Assembly (NCBI GenBank): GCA_963796935.1
Contig: CAWCNT010000013.1
Span: 368,242 to 432,241 of the forward strand
Direction of reading: 5' to 3'
Origin: an uncultured Flavobacteriaceae bacterium
GTDB taxonomy: Bacteria; Bacteroidota; Bacteroidia; Flavobacteriales; Flavobacteriaceae
DNA length: 64,000 bases
Shown here: one piece after another, positions 1 through 9,302 of the stretch
How positions within the stretch are numbered: position 1 is the stretch's first letter
Layout of the letters: each line of letters opens with the position of its first letter
Translations under genes and position numbers: made by a program
Notes under the pieces: generated by a model
The model's database searches: none
Seen by the model: the letters and a program-made list of their open reading frames with translations, nothing else
What the model was told of the DNA's origin: nothing

Positions 1-728
1 AATTTCGCATAATCGATTCCCATTGGGAAAGAATCTACTTTTACAACACGGTCATCCGAATATATATCATTAAAGCTAACGTCTAATCCTAGTATACGCC
101 GAACAGAACTTAGAAAATGCCGTTCATAGTCGTATGTGTGGAAGCCAATAAGGTCCGATCCCAGTAATCCCTTTAATACTTCTTCCCGCCAGGGTAGTGT
201 TCTGAAGATCTCATAGGAGGGAAATGGAATATGAAGGAAAAATCCAATGGAAATATTGGGGCGTTTTTCACGAACCATTTGAGGTACAAGCATAAGTTGA
301 TAGTCATGAACCCATATGATGTCATCTTCCCCGGCTTCCTTCAGTATGGCATCTGCAAACTTTTGATTCACTGCTTTGTAGGTATTCCAACTAGCCAGTT
401 CAAACTCTGCGTATTCAAGAAAATAATGAAATAGAGGCCAAATAGTACGGTTGCTAAAACCGTAATAAAAACCATCTACTTCTTCTGTGGTTAGTTTTAC
501 TTTAGAAGAACCATGTTTAGCCAGGGCTGCATCTATCTTACCTTCGAGCTCAGGAGGAATCTCTTCCTCGGTAAGGCCACTCCATCCTATCCACAGGCTT
601 TGCCCTTCAGAATGAACAGATTTCATTCCGGTAGCTAAACCCCCAACACTTGGGATAGCGTTAATCGATCCATTGTCAATTTGCAACTGAACAGGGAGCC
701 GATTTGAGATAATGATAGTTTTGGCCAT
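1..728 (-). CDS. otsA: Trehalose-6-phosphate synthase (GT20), probably a fused TPS/phosphatase; runs off the window start
   Basis: Manual translation from ATG at 728: MAKTIIISNRLPVQ...GGLATGM...WIGWSG...IWPLFHY...IWVHDYQLMLVP...GFFLHIPFPS...DLIGFHTYDYERHF, all GT20 motifs. Absent from the ORF track because it is truncated. Confidence 0.93.
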   Translation of the reverse strand, partial: MAKTIIISNRLPVQLQIDNGSINAIPSVGGLATGMKSVHSEGQSLWIGWSGLTEEEIPPELEGKIDAALAKHGSSKVKLTTEEVDGFYYGFSNRTIWPLFHYFLEYAEFELASWNTYKAVNQKFADAILKEAGEDDIIWVHDYQLMLVPQMVREKRPNISIGFFLHIPFPSYEIFRTLPWREEVLKGLLGSDLIGFHTYDYERHFLSSVRRILGLDVSFNDIYSDDRVVKVDSFPMGIDYAK

Positions 729-829
729 AAAATGATTGTTTTTAACTCCTTTTAGCTTTAATTTCTCTAAATTTCGTCAAATTGTGGCGCAATTACAATG
801 AAACCAAAACTTTTACCAGATTCTCATTT

Positions 830-2629
830 ATGGATAACTTAGATTATGGAATTATAGGAAATTGCAGAAGTGCGGCGCTTGTCTCAAAAACGGGATCAAT
901 TGAGTGGAGTTGTTTGCCCGAGTTTGATTCTTCTTCCGTTTTTGCCAAGTTACTCGATGAAAAAAAAGGAGGAAGCTTTGGGATAAAGGTGGCACCTTCA
1001 TATGCCATCACACAACGGTATAAAAAACACACTGCTGTGCTCATTACCAGGTACGTTGATGGAGATAATATCTTTGAGGTGCACGATTTTATGCCTCGTT
1101 ATCTCAAAGGAGTTAATTCCTATTATGGTCCACCTGAAATAGCACGATTTATAAAACACATATCAGGCAAACCAAGTTTTAGCGTTCATTATGAACCAAA
1201 GCTTGCATATGCGGTGGGCAAGACCCATACCTATGTTAAAAAGAATTTCATTGTAAGTTTAACACAGGGTGAAAAGTTCGAAACTGTTTTTCTTTATTCC
1301 TCCTTTAATAAGAACGCTATTGTAGAGGGTAGGGAAATGGAGATCACCGAAAATGGTTATTTTTTGCTGGCTTACAATGAAAAGATCTTTCAGCCAAGTA
1401 CCCGCAAAGTATATCTGGAACTTGAAAGGACAAAAGTCTACTGGCTAAACTGGAGTAATAAGACCCCTAATTATAAGAAATACAATGCCCAGATAAACCG
1501 TAGTGCCATAACGCTGAAATTACTCACTTACAACAAGACGGGGGCCGTCCTTGCGGCAGCTACTACTTCCTTACCGGAAACTATTGGAGAGGTCCGCAAC
1601 TGGGATTATCGTTTTTGCTGGATCCGCGATGCGTCTATGGCAATTAAGGTAATGGCAGATCTTGGTCATACTAATGTGGCCAGAAGATATATGCAATTTA
1701 TTGTAGACCTTATTCCAGATAAGGATGAGAAATTGCAGATCATGTATGGGATCAATAAGGAAAAGAAATTAACAGAAAAAACCCTGGATCATTTAAGTGG
1801 TTATAAGGGTTCGAAACCTGTGAGGATAGGGAATGCTGCCTACCAACAAAAGCAAAACGACATTTATGGTATTTTGATGGATGTGCTCTACGAACAGTTA
1901 AATAAACACAGCACCGATATTGAAAATGGTGAGGAATTGTGGGGTATTACGAAGGGTATCGTATGGATCGTTTCCAAACATTGGGAAGAACCAGATAAGG
2001 GAATTTGGGAATTCCGCACAGAGGACAGGCACTTTACTTTTTCAAAGGTGTTATGTTGGGTTGCTATTGACCGCGCCATAAAAGTGGCCAGGATCTTTCG
2101 TAAATCAAGGAAGATTGAAAAGTGGAGCCTCTTAGAGCAAAAGATCAAAAAAGACATTATGGACAATGCCTGGAATGAAGAGGCAAATGCCTTTACGCAA
2201 TCTTATGGATCTCCCAATTTAGATGCGGCTGTCCTTTTAATGGAGTCTTATGGTTTTATCCCGGCTAAAGACCCAAAATTTGTTAGCACTGTAAAAGCCA
2301 TAGAACGAGAACTGAGCAATGATGGCTTGTTGTATCGCTATAAAAATGAGGACGATTTTGGATTGCCATCTTCTTCGTTTACAATATGCACATTTTGGTT
2401 TATCAATAGCCTGTTTAAAATAGGCGAGGAGGAGAAGGCGATGGCACTTTTTGACAGATTATTAACCTACAGTAATCATTTAGGTCTTTTTAGTGAAGAC
2501 ATTGATTTTAAGACGAAAAGGCTGTTGGGTAATTTTCCACAGGCCTATTCTCATCTGGCATTGATAGAATGTGCTCTTAATTTTTCAAAGAAAGCGACAG
2601 AACAGCAAGTTCTCGAATCTATGCAGTAA
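830..2629 (+). CDS. Glycoside hydrolase family 15 (trehalase/glucoamylase-like)
   Basis: Motifs YGIIGNCRSAAL, TSLPE...RNWDYRFCWIRDAS, GIWEFR, LGLFSEDID...LGNFPQAYSHLALI. Likely start is ATG 830. Confidence 0.9.
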   Translation: MDNLDYGIIGNCRSAALVSKTGSIEWSCLPEFDSSSVFAKLLDEKKGGSFGIKVAPSYAITQRYKKHTAVLITRYVDGDNIFEVHDFMPRYLKGVNSYYGPPEIARFIKHISGKPSFSVHYEPKLAYAVGKTHTYVKKNFIVSLTQGEKFETVFLYSSFNKNAIVEGREMEITENGYFLLAYNEKIFQPSTRKVYLELERTKVYWLNWSNKTPNYKKYNAQINRSAITLKLLTYNKTGAVLAAATTSLPETIGEVRNWDYRFCWIRDASMAIKVMADLGHTNVARRYMQFIVDLIPDKDEKLQIMYGINKEKKLTEKTLDHLSGYKGSKPVRIGNAAYQQKQNDIYGILMDVLYEQLNKHSTDIENGEELWGITKGIVWIVSKHWEEPDKGIWEFRTEDRHFTFSKVLCWVAIDRAIKVARIFRKSRKIEKWSLLEQKIKKDIMDNAWNEEANAFTQSYGSPNLDAAVLLMESYGFIPAKDPKFVSTVKAIERELSNDGLLYRYKNEDDFGLPSSSFTICTFWFINSLFKIGEEEKAMALFDRLLTYSNHLGLFSEDIDFKTKRLLGNFPQAYSHLALIECALNFSKKATEQQVLESMQ

Positions 2630-4055
2630 TCATAGCATCTCCCTTGCGTTTTATAAGGGTAAGCAATTCTTCCAGTTGGGCTATGGTCGTAAACGGATTC
2701 ATGATTGTAGTTCTAAGAAAATGTACTCCTTTGATCTTGGTTTGAACAATGTAAAAGTTACCTTCCTCCAGCAATTCTTGTCGTATCCTTCGGTTGATCT
2801 CATCTAAGCGATCCTGAGATGCACCTTGTTCTAAATAACGAAAACAAACAATATTAGACATAGGGGTAACAGCTAATTGTAATTTTCGGTCTTTTTTTAT
2901 GAGCTGCCCAAATGCATTGCCAAGATCATACAGGGTGGTCACATTCTGATCAAAAACGGCTTCTCCATAAGACTTAAAAAGCAGAAACCACTGCAGACTC
3001 ATCATGGTCTTGGTACATTCAAAAGTTTGTTTTGCCAGATTATACCAATCTTCATCTTCAGACTGCTGCAAGAGATAGTCTGCATGTTGGCTAAAGGTAG
3101 AATGGGAGTGAATTCCGTCTCGAAAAATAAGCGCTGTGGTAATAGTAGACATCAGCATCATTTTATGGCCATCTATCACCACAGAATCTGCCTTATCTAT
3201 CCCCATTACGGTATGTTTGTACTTTTCTGAAAAGATGGCAGCTCCACCGTGAGCTCCATCTACATGAAACCATATTCCTTTTTCTGAACAAAATGTAGCC
3301 AAGGCTGTTAGATCATCATAGATCCCGGTTGCAGTAGAAGGGGCACTACCTACTAAAGCAAATACCTCGATTCCTTCTTTTTGTGCATCAGAATAATATT
3401 TTTCGAGGAGAGATGTGTCTATTGAAAAATCTTCATTTACAGGCACTTTAATGATCCCTGCCGTTCCTAATCCCATTATCCTGGCAGCTCTGTCTACACA
3501 GTAGTGCGCTTCTGCAGATACCATGATGCCTAATTTTTTAGAAGTCCCTACATTCCAGACATCATGAGCTACCATAGCCTTCCTGGCGGACAGTAAAGCG
3601 GTTAGATTGGCCAATGTACCCCCAGAGGTTAATATGCCCCTTGCCTCTTCTTTAAATCCCAATTTTTTGGCCAGTAGATCGGTGACTATTTGTTCTATAG
3701 CTGTGGGAGCCATTCCCATTTCGTAAACAGCCATACCATTGTTGAGAAAGGAACTAACGAGTCCGGCTAATGCTGCCTGAGGAGCTGGAGCACATACCTG
3801 ATGCCCCATGTATTTTGGATGATGCACATGCGTTGTATGATTTAATACTTCCGGAAAGAAATCTGATAGTTCTCCCTTTTCCTGGAAGTGAGACCAAAAC
3901 TTCTTCTCGTCTTCAGGTAAATTCCATTTTATGACACGGGTATTTTTTTGAGCTAAGCTATTGTCAAGGTGATTAGCCAGGACATCGATCAGGGCATGCC
4001 CTTGTTGCCGAAACGCTGTTGGGGAATAGACCTCTTTTAAGATATTATTTGTCAT
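2619..4055 (-). CDS. Group II PLP-dependent decarboxylase
   Basis: Motifs TSGGTLANL, AHYCV, WFHVDGAHGG and DGHKM (PLP lysine). Confidence 0.88.
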   Translation of the reverse strand: MTNNILKEVYSPTAFRQQGHALIDVLANHLDNSLAQKNTRVIKWNLPEDEKKFWSHFQEKGELSDFFPEVLNHTTHVHHPKYMGHQVCAPAPQAALAGLVSSFLNNGMAVYEMGMAPTAIEQIVTDLLAKKLGFKEEARGILTSGGTLANLTALLSARKAMVAHDVWNVGTSKKLGIMVSAEAHYCVDRAARIMGLGTAGIIKVPVNEDFSIDTSLLEKYYSDAQKEGIEVFALVGSAPSTATGIYDDLTALATFCSEKGIWFHVDGAHGGAAIFSEKYKHTVMGIDKADSVVIDGHKMMLMSTITTALIFRDGIHSHSTFSQHADYLLQQSEDEDWYNLAKQTFECTKTMMSLQWFLLFKSYGEAVFDQNVTTLYDLGNAFGQLIKKDRKLQLAVTPMSNIVCFRYLEQGASQDRLDEINRRIRQELLEEGNFYIVQTKIKGVHFLRTTIMNPFTTIAQLEELLTLIKRKGDAMITA

Positions 4056-4178
4056 ATCGTCATTGGTATTGGTAATAGTGATAAGCAGATCTTTTTTAGT
4101 GGATCTTCATCTGCTAAAATAGCGAGAAACGTACATAATTAATTACATTTGGGAAACAACAATAAAAAACTATACAAC

Positions 4179-6200
4179 ATGAAATTAAAAGTGCTGTTTT
4201 CATGCTTTTTAATGGGGGCATTAATTTGGTCCTGTAATGAGAATTCCTCAGAAAAATCAGCGATGGCTGCTGATGAGACTTCCTTTGACTATGTCGTGGA
4301 ACAATTTGCGGATATACAGATATTGCGATATCAGATCCCGGGGTTCAATGAATTAAGTAGTGAGCAAAAGAAACTTGTCTACTATTTATATGAGGCTGGT
4401 TTGGCAGGACGAGATATTATGTGGGATCAGAATTACCGACATAATTTGCAGATCAGAGAAGCACTTGAAAACGTCTATGAGAATTTTTCAGGAGATAAAG
4501 AGTCCGATAACTGGAAGGCTTTTGAAACTTATTTAAAAAGGGTCTGGTTCTCTAATGGGATACATCATCATTATTCCAATGACAAATTAGTTCCTGGATT
4601 CTCACCTGAGTATTTAACTGAACTCTTAAATGAGACCAAGACTGAGCTAAGCGGAGATCCTTTTAATGTGATCTTTAATGAAGAAGATGCTAAGAAAGTG
4701 AATAAGAAGAAAGGGGTAGATAATGTTGCCGCTTCAGCAATAAACTTCTATGACCCTTCTATTACGGATAAAGAAGTAGAAGCATACTATGCTACTGCCT
4801 ATAAAGGCCCGGAGGGAAAACCGGTTGAAACAGGTCTAAATTCTAAGTTGGTAAAGAAGAATGGTAAGATTAGTGAAGAAGTTTATAAATCTGGCGGACT
4901 TTACGGCAGTGCCATAGATGAGATCATTAAATGGTTAGAGTTGGCAAAGGGCGTGGCCGAGAACGAACAACAAGCCAACACCTTAGCATTGCTTATTCAA
5001 TACTATAAAACTGGCAATCTGGATACCTGGGATGAATATGCTATTTCATGGGTTAATTCAAAAGAAGGGGATATAGATTGGATCAACGGTTTTATAGAAG
5101 TATACAAAGATCCTAAAGGTTACAAGGGTTCTTATGAAAGTATTATCCAGATAAAGGATTTTGAGATGTCTAAGCAAATGGCAGTATTATCCGAAAACGC
5201 TCAATGGTTTGAAGATACTTCCCCTTTAATGGAGGAGCATAAGAAAAAGAATGTGGTAGGTGTATCCTACAAAACTGTGAATGTGGCGGCTGAGGCAGGA
5301 GATGCTTCACCAAGTACTCCAATTGGGGTTAATTTACCCAACAACAACTGGATAAGACAGGATCATGGCAGTAAGTCAGTTTCTTTGGGGAACATTATTG
5401 ATTCCTACAATAATGCCGGAGGTTCTGGTCGTTTAAAGGAATTTGCAAATGACAATGAGGAGATCGCATTGGAGGAAAAATATGGGAAAACTGCCTCAAA
5501 ACTTCTCACGGCGCTGCACGAAGTAGTAGGCCATGCCTCGGGACAGTTGAATGAAGGGGTAGGACAACCGAAAGAAACACTTAAAAACTATGCATCTACC
5601 ATGGAAGAAGGGCGGGCAGATCTTGTTGGCTTATATTTTCTGATGGATCCGAAATTGCAGGAATTGGGCCTTACGGATAATTATGAAGAATTGGGAAAGA
5701 CTGCATATGATCGCTATATCAGGAATGGTCTGGTGACACAGCTGGTTCGAATTAATCTTGGAGATGATATAGAGGAAGATCATATGGTGAATCGCCAATG
5801 GGTGTCTTCCTGGGTTTTTGAGAAGGGTATGTCAGATAAGGTGATCGAAAAGATAGAACGCGATGGCAAGACATATTACAATATCAATGATTATAAAAAA
5901 TTACGAGAGTTGTTTGGCCAATTACTACAGGAAACTCAACGGATTAAATCGGAAGGTGATTTTAAAGCAGCTGAAGACCTGGTAGAAGGGTATGGTGTTA
6001 AAGTAGATCAGAAACTTCATGCAGAGATATTAGAACGTAATTCAGTATTTAAGTCGGCCCCTTACAGTGGGTTTGTAAACCCCGAATTGGTCGCAGAAAT
6101 GAATGATGCCGGTGAGATAGTAAATGTTACTATAGTACAACCTGAATCTTTTGCGGGACAGATGATGTCTTATTCAAAAAATTATGGGTTTCTAAAATAG
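4179..6200 (+). CDS. Dipeptidyl peptidase III (M49) family, with a lipoprotein-like signal peptide
   Basis: HEVVGH hexapeptide zinc motif, EEGRAD second motif, GVNLPN, GFIEVY; N-terminus MKLKVLFSCFLMGALIWSC. Confidence 0.88.
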   Translation: MKLKVLFSCFLMGALIWSCNENSSEKSAMAADETSFDYVVEQFADIQILRYQIPGFNELSSEQKKLVYYLYEAGLAGRDIMWDQNYRHNLQIREALENVYENFSGDKESDNWKAFETYLKRVWFSNGIHHHYSNDKLVPGFSPEYLTELLNETKTELSGDPFNVIFNEEDAKKVNKKKGVDNVAASAINFYDPSITDKEVEAYYATAYKGPEGKPVETGLNSKLVKKNGKISEEVYKSGGLYGSAIDEIIKWLELAKGVAENEQQANTLALLIQYYKTGNLDTWDEYAISWVNSKEGDIDWINGFIEVYKDPKGYKGSYESIIQIKDFEMSKQMAVLSENAQWFEDTSPLMEEHKKKNVVGVSYKTVNVAAEAGDASPSTPIGVNLPNNNWIRQDHGSKSVSLGNIIDSYNNAGGSGRLKEFANDNEEIALEEKYGKTASKLLTALHEVVGHASGQLNEGVGQPKETLKNYASTMEEGRADLVGLYFLMDPKLQELGLTDNYEELGKTAYDRYIRNGLVTQLVRINLGDDIEEDHMVNRQWVSSWVFEKGMSDKVIEKIERDGKTYYNINDYKKLRELFGQLLQETQRIKSEGDFKAAEDLVEGYGVKVDQKLHAEILERNSVFKSAPYSGFVNPELVAEMNDAGEIVNVTIVQPESFAGQMMSYSKNYGFLK

Positions 6201-6221
6201 AATCTCAACGTTTATAAATGC

Positions 6222-6249
6222 AAAAACCGCCCATAAAGGGCGGTTTTTT
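6222..6249. terminator. Bidirectional intrinsic terminator
   Basis: AAAAACCGCCC-ATAAA-GGGCGGTTTTTT between convergent genes. Confidence 0.9.
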
Positions 6250-6270
6250 ATATTAGGAGTAAGCTATCTT

Positions 6271-8085
6271 TTAACTGTCAAAAGTATAGGCATTATCTGC
6301 GGCTACCTTATCTGCTATTTGATTTCTTAAAGCCACTACATTAGGCTGATTGGTGTATTTTGTAAATCGCTTTAATCCCATCAGCATCATTTTTTGTTCA
6401 TCACCTTCTGCGAAGGAAACAATAGCTTCTTTTCCTTTTTTGATGACTATATCTACTGCCTCATATAAATAAAGTTGAGTCATGGCGATCTCAATGGCCT
6501 GAGACTCTTTCCCATTACGCTTGGCGTTTTTCTCAGTGCGGAGTAAGGTAGATTCTGCCATATAGATCTCGATCAAAATATCTGCAGCCGCCAAAAGAAT
6601 CTGTTGATGTTCTTCCAGATCCTGGCCAAATTTTTGAACTGCACTTCCTGCGATCATCAAAAAGACCTTTTTAAGTCTGGCGATCAAATCTTTTTCTTCT
6701 GCAAATAATTCAGAGAAATCCGGAGTGTCAAAAGAAGGGATACCCATCAATTCTTCTCCTACAGCGGTTGCAGGACCAAGGAGGTCAACATGACCTTTCA
6801 TTGCCTTTTTTACTAGCATACCCACCGCAAGCATTCTGTTTATTTCATTGGTACCTTCATAGATCCGTGCGATCCTGGCATCTCTCCAGGCTTTCTCCAT
6901 GGGGGTATCTGCACTAAAGCCCATACCTCCAAAGATCTGAATTCCTTCGTCTGTTGTGTTCTGAACATCTTCTGAAACCGCTACTTTTAATATGGAACAT
7001 TCTATAGCGTATTCTTCAACACCTTTCAATTCTGCGTCCTGATGTGAATTGCCTTCGGCTTCTCTAATTGCAATACGCTCTTGTATGTTCATGGCAGCAC
7101 GGTAGCAAGCAGATTCACCCGCATATGCATTGGTAGCCATTTGAGCTATTTTGGACTTAATGGCTCCAAAATTTATGATAGGTGTCTTAAACTGAATACG
7201 TTCATTAGCATAATTAACTGCCTCCTTTATAACGCGTCTTTGAGCTTCTAAACAGGCGGCGGCCAGTTTAATTCTCCCTACATTCAAGGCGTTCATGGCG
7301 ATCTTAAAACCATTCCCTCTTTCAGAAAGCATATTTTCTACAGGCACTTTGGTGTCGTTAAAGAAGACCTGACGGGTAGAGGAGGAGTGAATCCCTAATT
7401 TCTTTTCTTCTTCACCCATAGAAATGCCATTCTTTGGATCATTTTCTACGATAAACCCTGTAATGTTCTTGTCGTCTCCAATTCGTGCAAAAACTATAAA
7501 TAGACTACAAAACCCGGCATTGGAGATCCACATTTTTTGTCCGGTAATGTTGTAATGTTTGCCATCTTTAGATAGAACAGCTTTGGTTTTACCAGAGTTG
7601 GCATCGGAGCCTGCTCCTGGTTCTGTTAAACAATAAGCACCAAACCATTCACCTGAGGCAAGTTTAGGCACGTACTTTTTCTTTTGTTCTTCAGTACCAT
7701 AGAGTGTAATTGGCAGTGTCCCTATTCCTGTATGTGCACCAAAGGCCGTGCTAAAAGACCCGGTTGCACCGGAAATATAATCGCATACCAGCATCGTTGA
7801 GACAAAGCCCATGCCCATGCCGCCGTATTCGGCTGGTACAGAAATACTTAAAAAACCTAATTCACCGGCTTTTTGCATACATTCCTTGGTAAAGGCGTAA
7901 TCTTTCTGCTCAAAGCGTTCCCAATGGGCCCAAAGTTCTCGGTCCACAAATTCCTTGGTGCTGTCGCGCATCATCTTTTGCTCCTCATTGAGGTCCTCCA
8001 GTGTAAAGACGTCTTCACATTTGGTTTCCTTTACGAGGAATTGACCACCTCGTAGAATGTCTTTATTAATAGTATCTGTACTCAT
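6271..8085 (-). CDS. fadE: Acyl-CoA dehydrogenase
   Basis: Motifs AYCLTEPGAGSDA, GQKMWISNAG, QIFGGMGF, IYEGTNEINR. Confidence 0.92.
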   Translation of the reverse strand: MSTDTINKDILRGGQFLVKETKCEDVFTLEDLNEEQKMMRDSTKEFVDRELWAHWERFEQKDYAFTKECMQKAGELGFLSISVPAEYGGMGMGFVSTMLVCDYISGATGSFSTAFGAHTGIGTLPITLYGTEEQKKKYVPKLASGEWFGAYCLTEPGAGSDANSGKTKAVLSKDGKHYNITGQKMWISNAGFCSLFIVFARIGDDKNITGFIVENDPKNGISMGEEEKKLGIHSSSTRQVFFNDTKVPVENMLSERGNGFKIAMNALNVGRIKLAAACLEAQRRVIKEAVNYANERIQFKTPIINFGAIKSKIAQMATNAYAGESACYRAAMNIQERIAIREAEGNSHQDAELKGVEEYAIECSILKVAVSEDVQNTTDEGIQIFGGMGFSADTPMEKAWRDARIARIYEGTNEINRMLAVGMLVKKAMKGHVDLLGPATAVGEELMGIPSFDTPDFSELFAEEKDLIARLKKVFLMIAGSAVQKFGQDLEEHQQILLAAADILIEIYMAESTLLRTEKNAKRNGKESQAIEIAMTQLYLYEAVDIVIKKGKEAIVSFAEGDEQKMMLMGLKRFTKYTNQPNVVALRNQIADKVAADNAYTFDS

Positions 8086-8107
8086 CGATATAAAATTTAG
8101 TATAATT

Positions 8108-9298
8108 CTAGTTTAAAAATTCAAAGATCCCGGCTGCACCTTGTCCGGTACCTACACACATGGTTACCAATCCGTGCTTCCCTTTCATTTTTCGTTTTCG
8201 CATCTCATCAAAAAGTTGGACGGATAATTTGGCACCTGTACATCCCAATGGGTGACCTAAGGCAATGGCCCCACCATTTACGTTCACAATCTCCTGGTTG
8301 AGATCCAATTCGCGCATAACCGCAAGGGATTGCGATGCAAAGGCTTCATTCAGTTCTATTAGTTCCAATTGATTCTGTTTCATACCTGCTTGTTTCAGGG
8401 CTTTTGGAATTGCCTTTACCGGGCCAATTCCCATGATTCTGGGTTCTACACCTGCTGCAGCATAATTCACCAATCTGGCAATGGGTTCTAACTTTAATTC
8501 CTTTACCATTTCCTCACTCATTACTAACACAAAGGCTGCCCCGTCACTCATTTGTGAAGAATTTCCTGCAGTGACACTACCGCCAGCCGCAAATACTGGC
8601 CGCAATTTTGCTAACACCTCTTTAGTTGTATCAGCTCTGGGTCCTTCATCTTTATTGACTGTATATTCAGTACTTTCCTTTTTCCCTTTGGCATTAACAA
8701 AAGTGTGTTCTATATTGATGGGAACGATCTGATCCTCAAACTTTCCTTCCTTTTGTGCTTTTAAAGCTTTCATGTGGGAGTTGAAGGCAAATTCATCCTG
8801 ATCTTCTCTGGAGACCTTGAATTGTTCTGCAACGGCCTCGGCTGTTAAGCCCATGCCCCAGTAATAGTCTTCGTTACCTTCTTTAGCGGTGGCATAGTCT
8901 GGAGTAGGTTTGTACCCTCCCATAGGGATGTAACTCATGCTTTCTGCCCCTCCGGCAATAATACAATCTGCCATTCCTGATTGTATTTTCGCAGTTGCGA
9001 TGCCTATGGTTTCTAATCCCGAGGCACAATACCTATTTACAGTTACCCCTGGAACATCATCTATCTTTAAGCCCATAAGGGAAATGAGTCGCGCCATATT
9101 TAGTCCCTGTTCCGCTTCCGGCATGGCATTCCCAACGATCACATCATCAATTCTTTTTTTATCTAGTTGAGGTACCTCTTTCAATAGGTATTCAATAGTT
9201 TCAGCCGCCAATTCGTCAGGGCGCTTGAAACGAAATAGGCCTCTTGGTGCTTTTCCAACGGCAGTTCTGTATGCTTTTACTATATAAGCTGTTTTCAT
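8108..9298 (-). CDS. fadA: Acetyl-CoA C-acyltransferase (thiolase)
   Basis: Motifs [34 protein letters not shown]. Confidence 0.94.
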   Translation of the reverse strand: MKTAYIVKAYRTAVGKAPRGLFRFKRPDELAAETIEYLLKEVPQLDKKRIDDVIVGNAMPEAEQGLNMARLISLMGLKIDDVPGVTVNRYCASGLETIGIATAKIQSGMADCIIAGGAESMSYIPMGGYKPTPDYATAKEGNEDYYWGMGLTAEAVAEQFKVSREDQDEFAFNSHMKALKAQKEGKFEDQIVPINIEHTFVNAKGKKESTEYTVNKDEGPRADTTKEVLAKLRPVFAAGGSVTAGNSSQMSDGAAFVLVMSEEMVKELKLEPIARLVNYAAAGVEPRIMGIGPVKAIPKALKQAGMKQNQLELIELNEAFASQSLAVMRELDLNQEIVNVNGGAIALGHPLGCTGAKLSVQLFDEMRKRKMKGKHGLVTMCVGTGQGAAGIFEFLN

Positions 9299-9302
9299 GT
9301 TC

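Noticed and set aside
4084-4115. AGCAGAT...ATCTGCT inverted repeat between the decarboxylase and DPP III genes
   Set aside because: Only 7 bp with an 18-nt spacer and no second copy seen.
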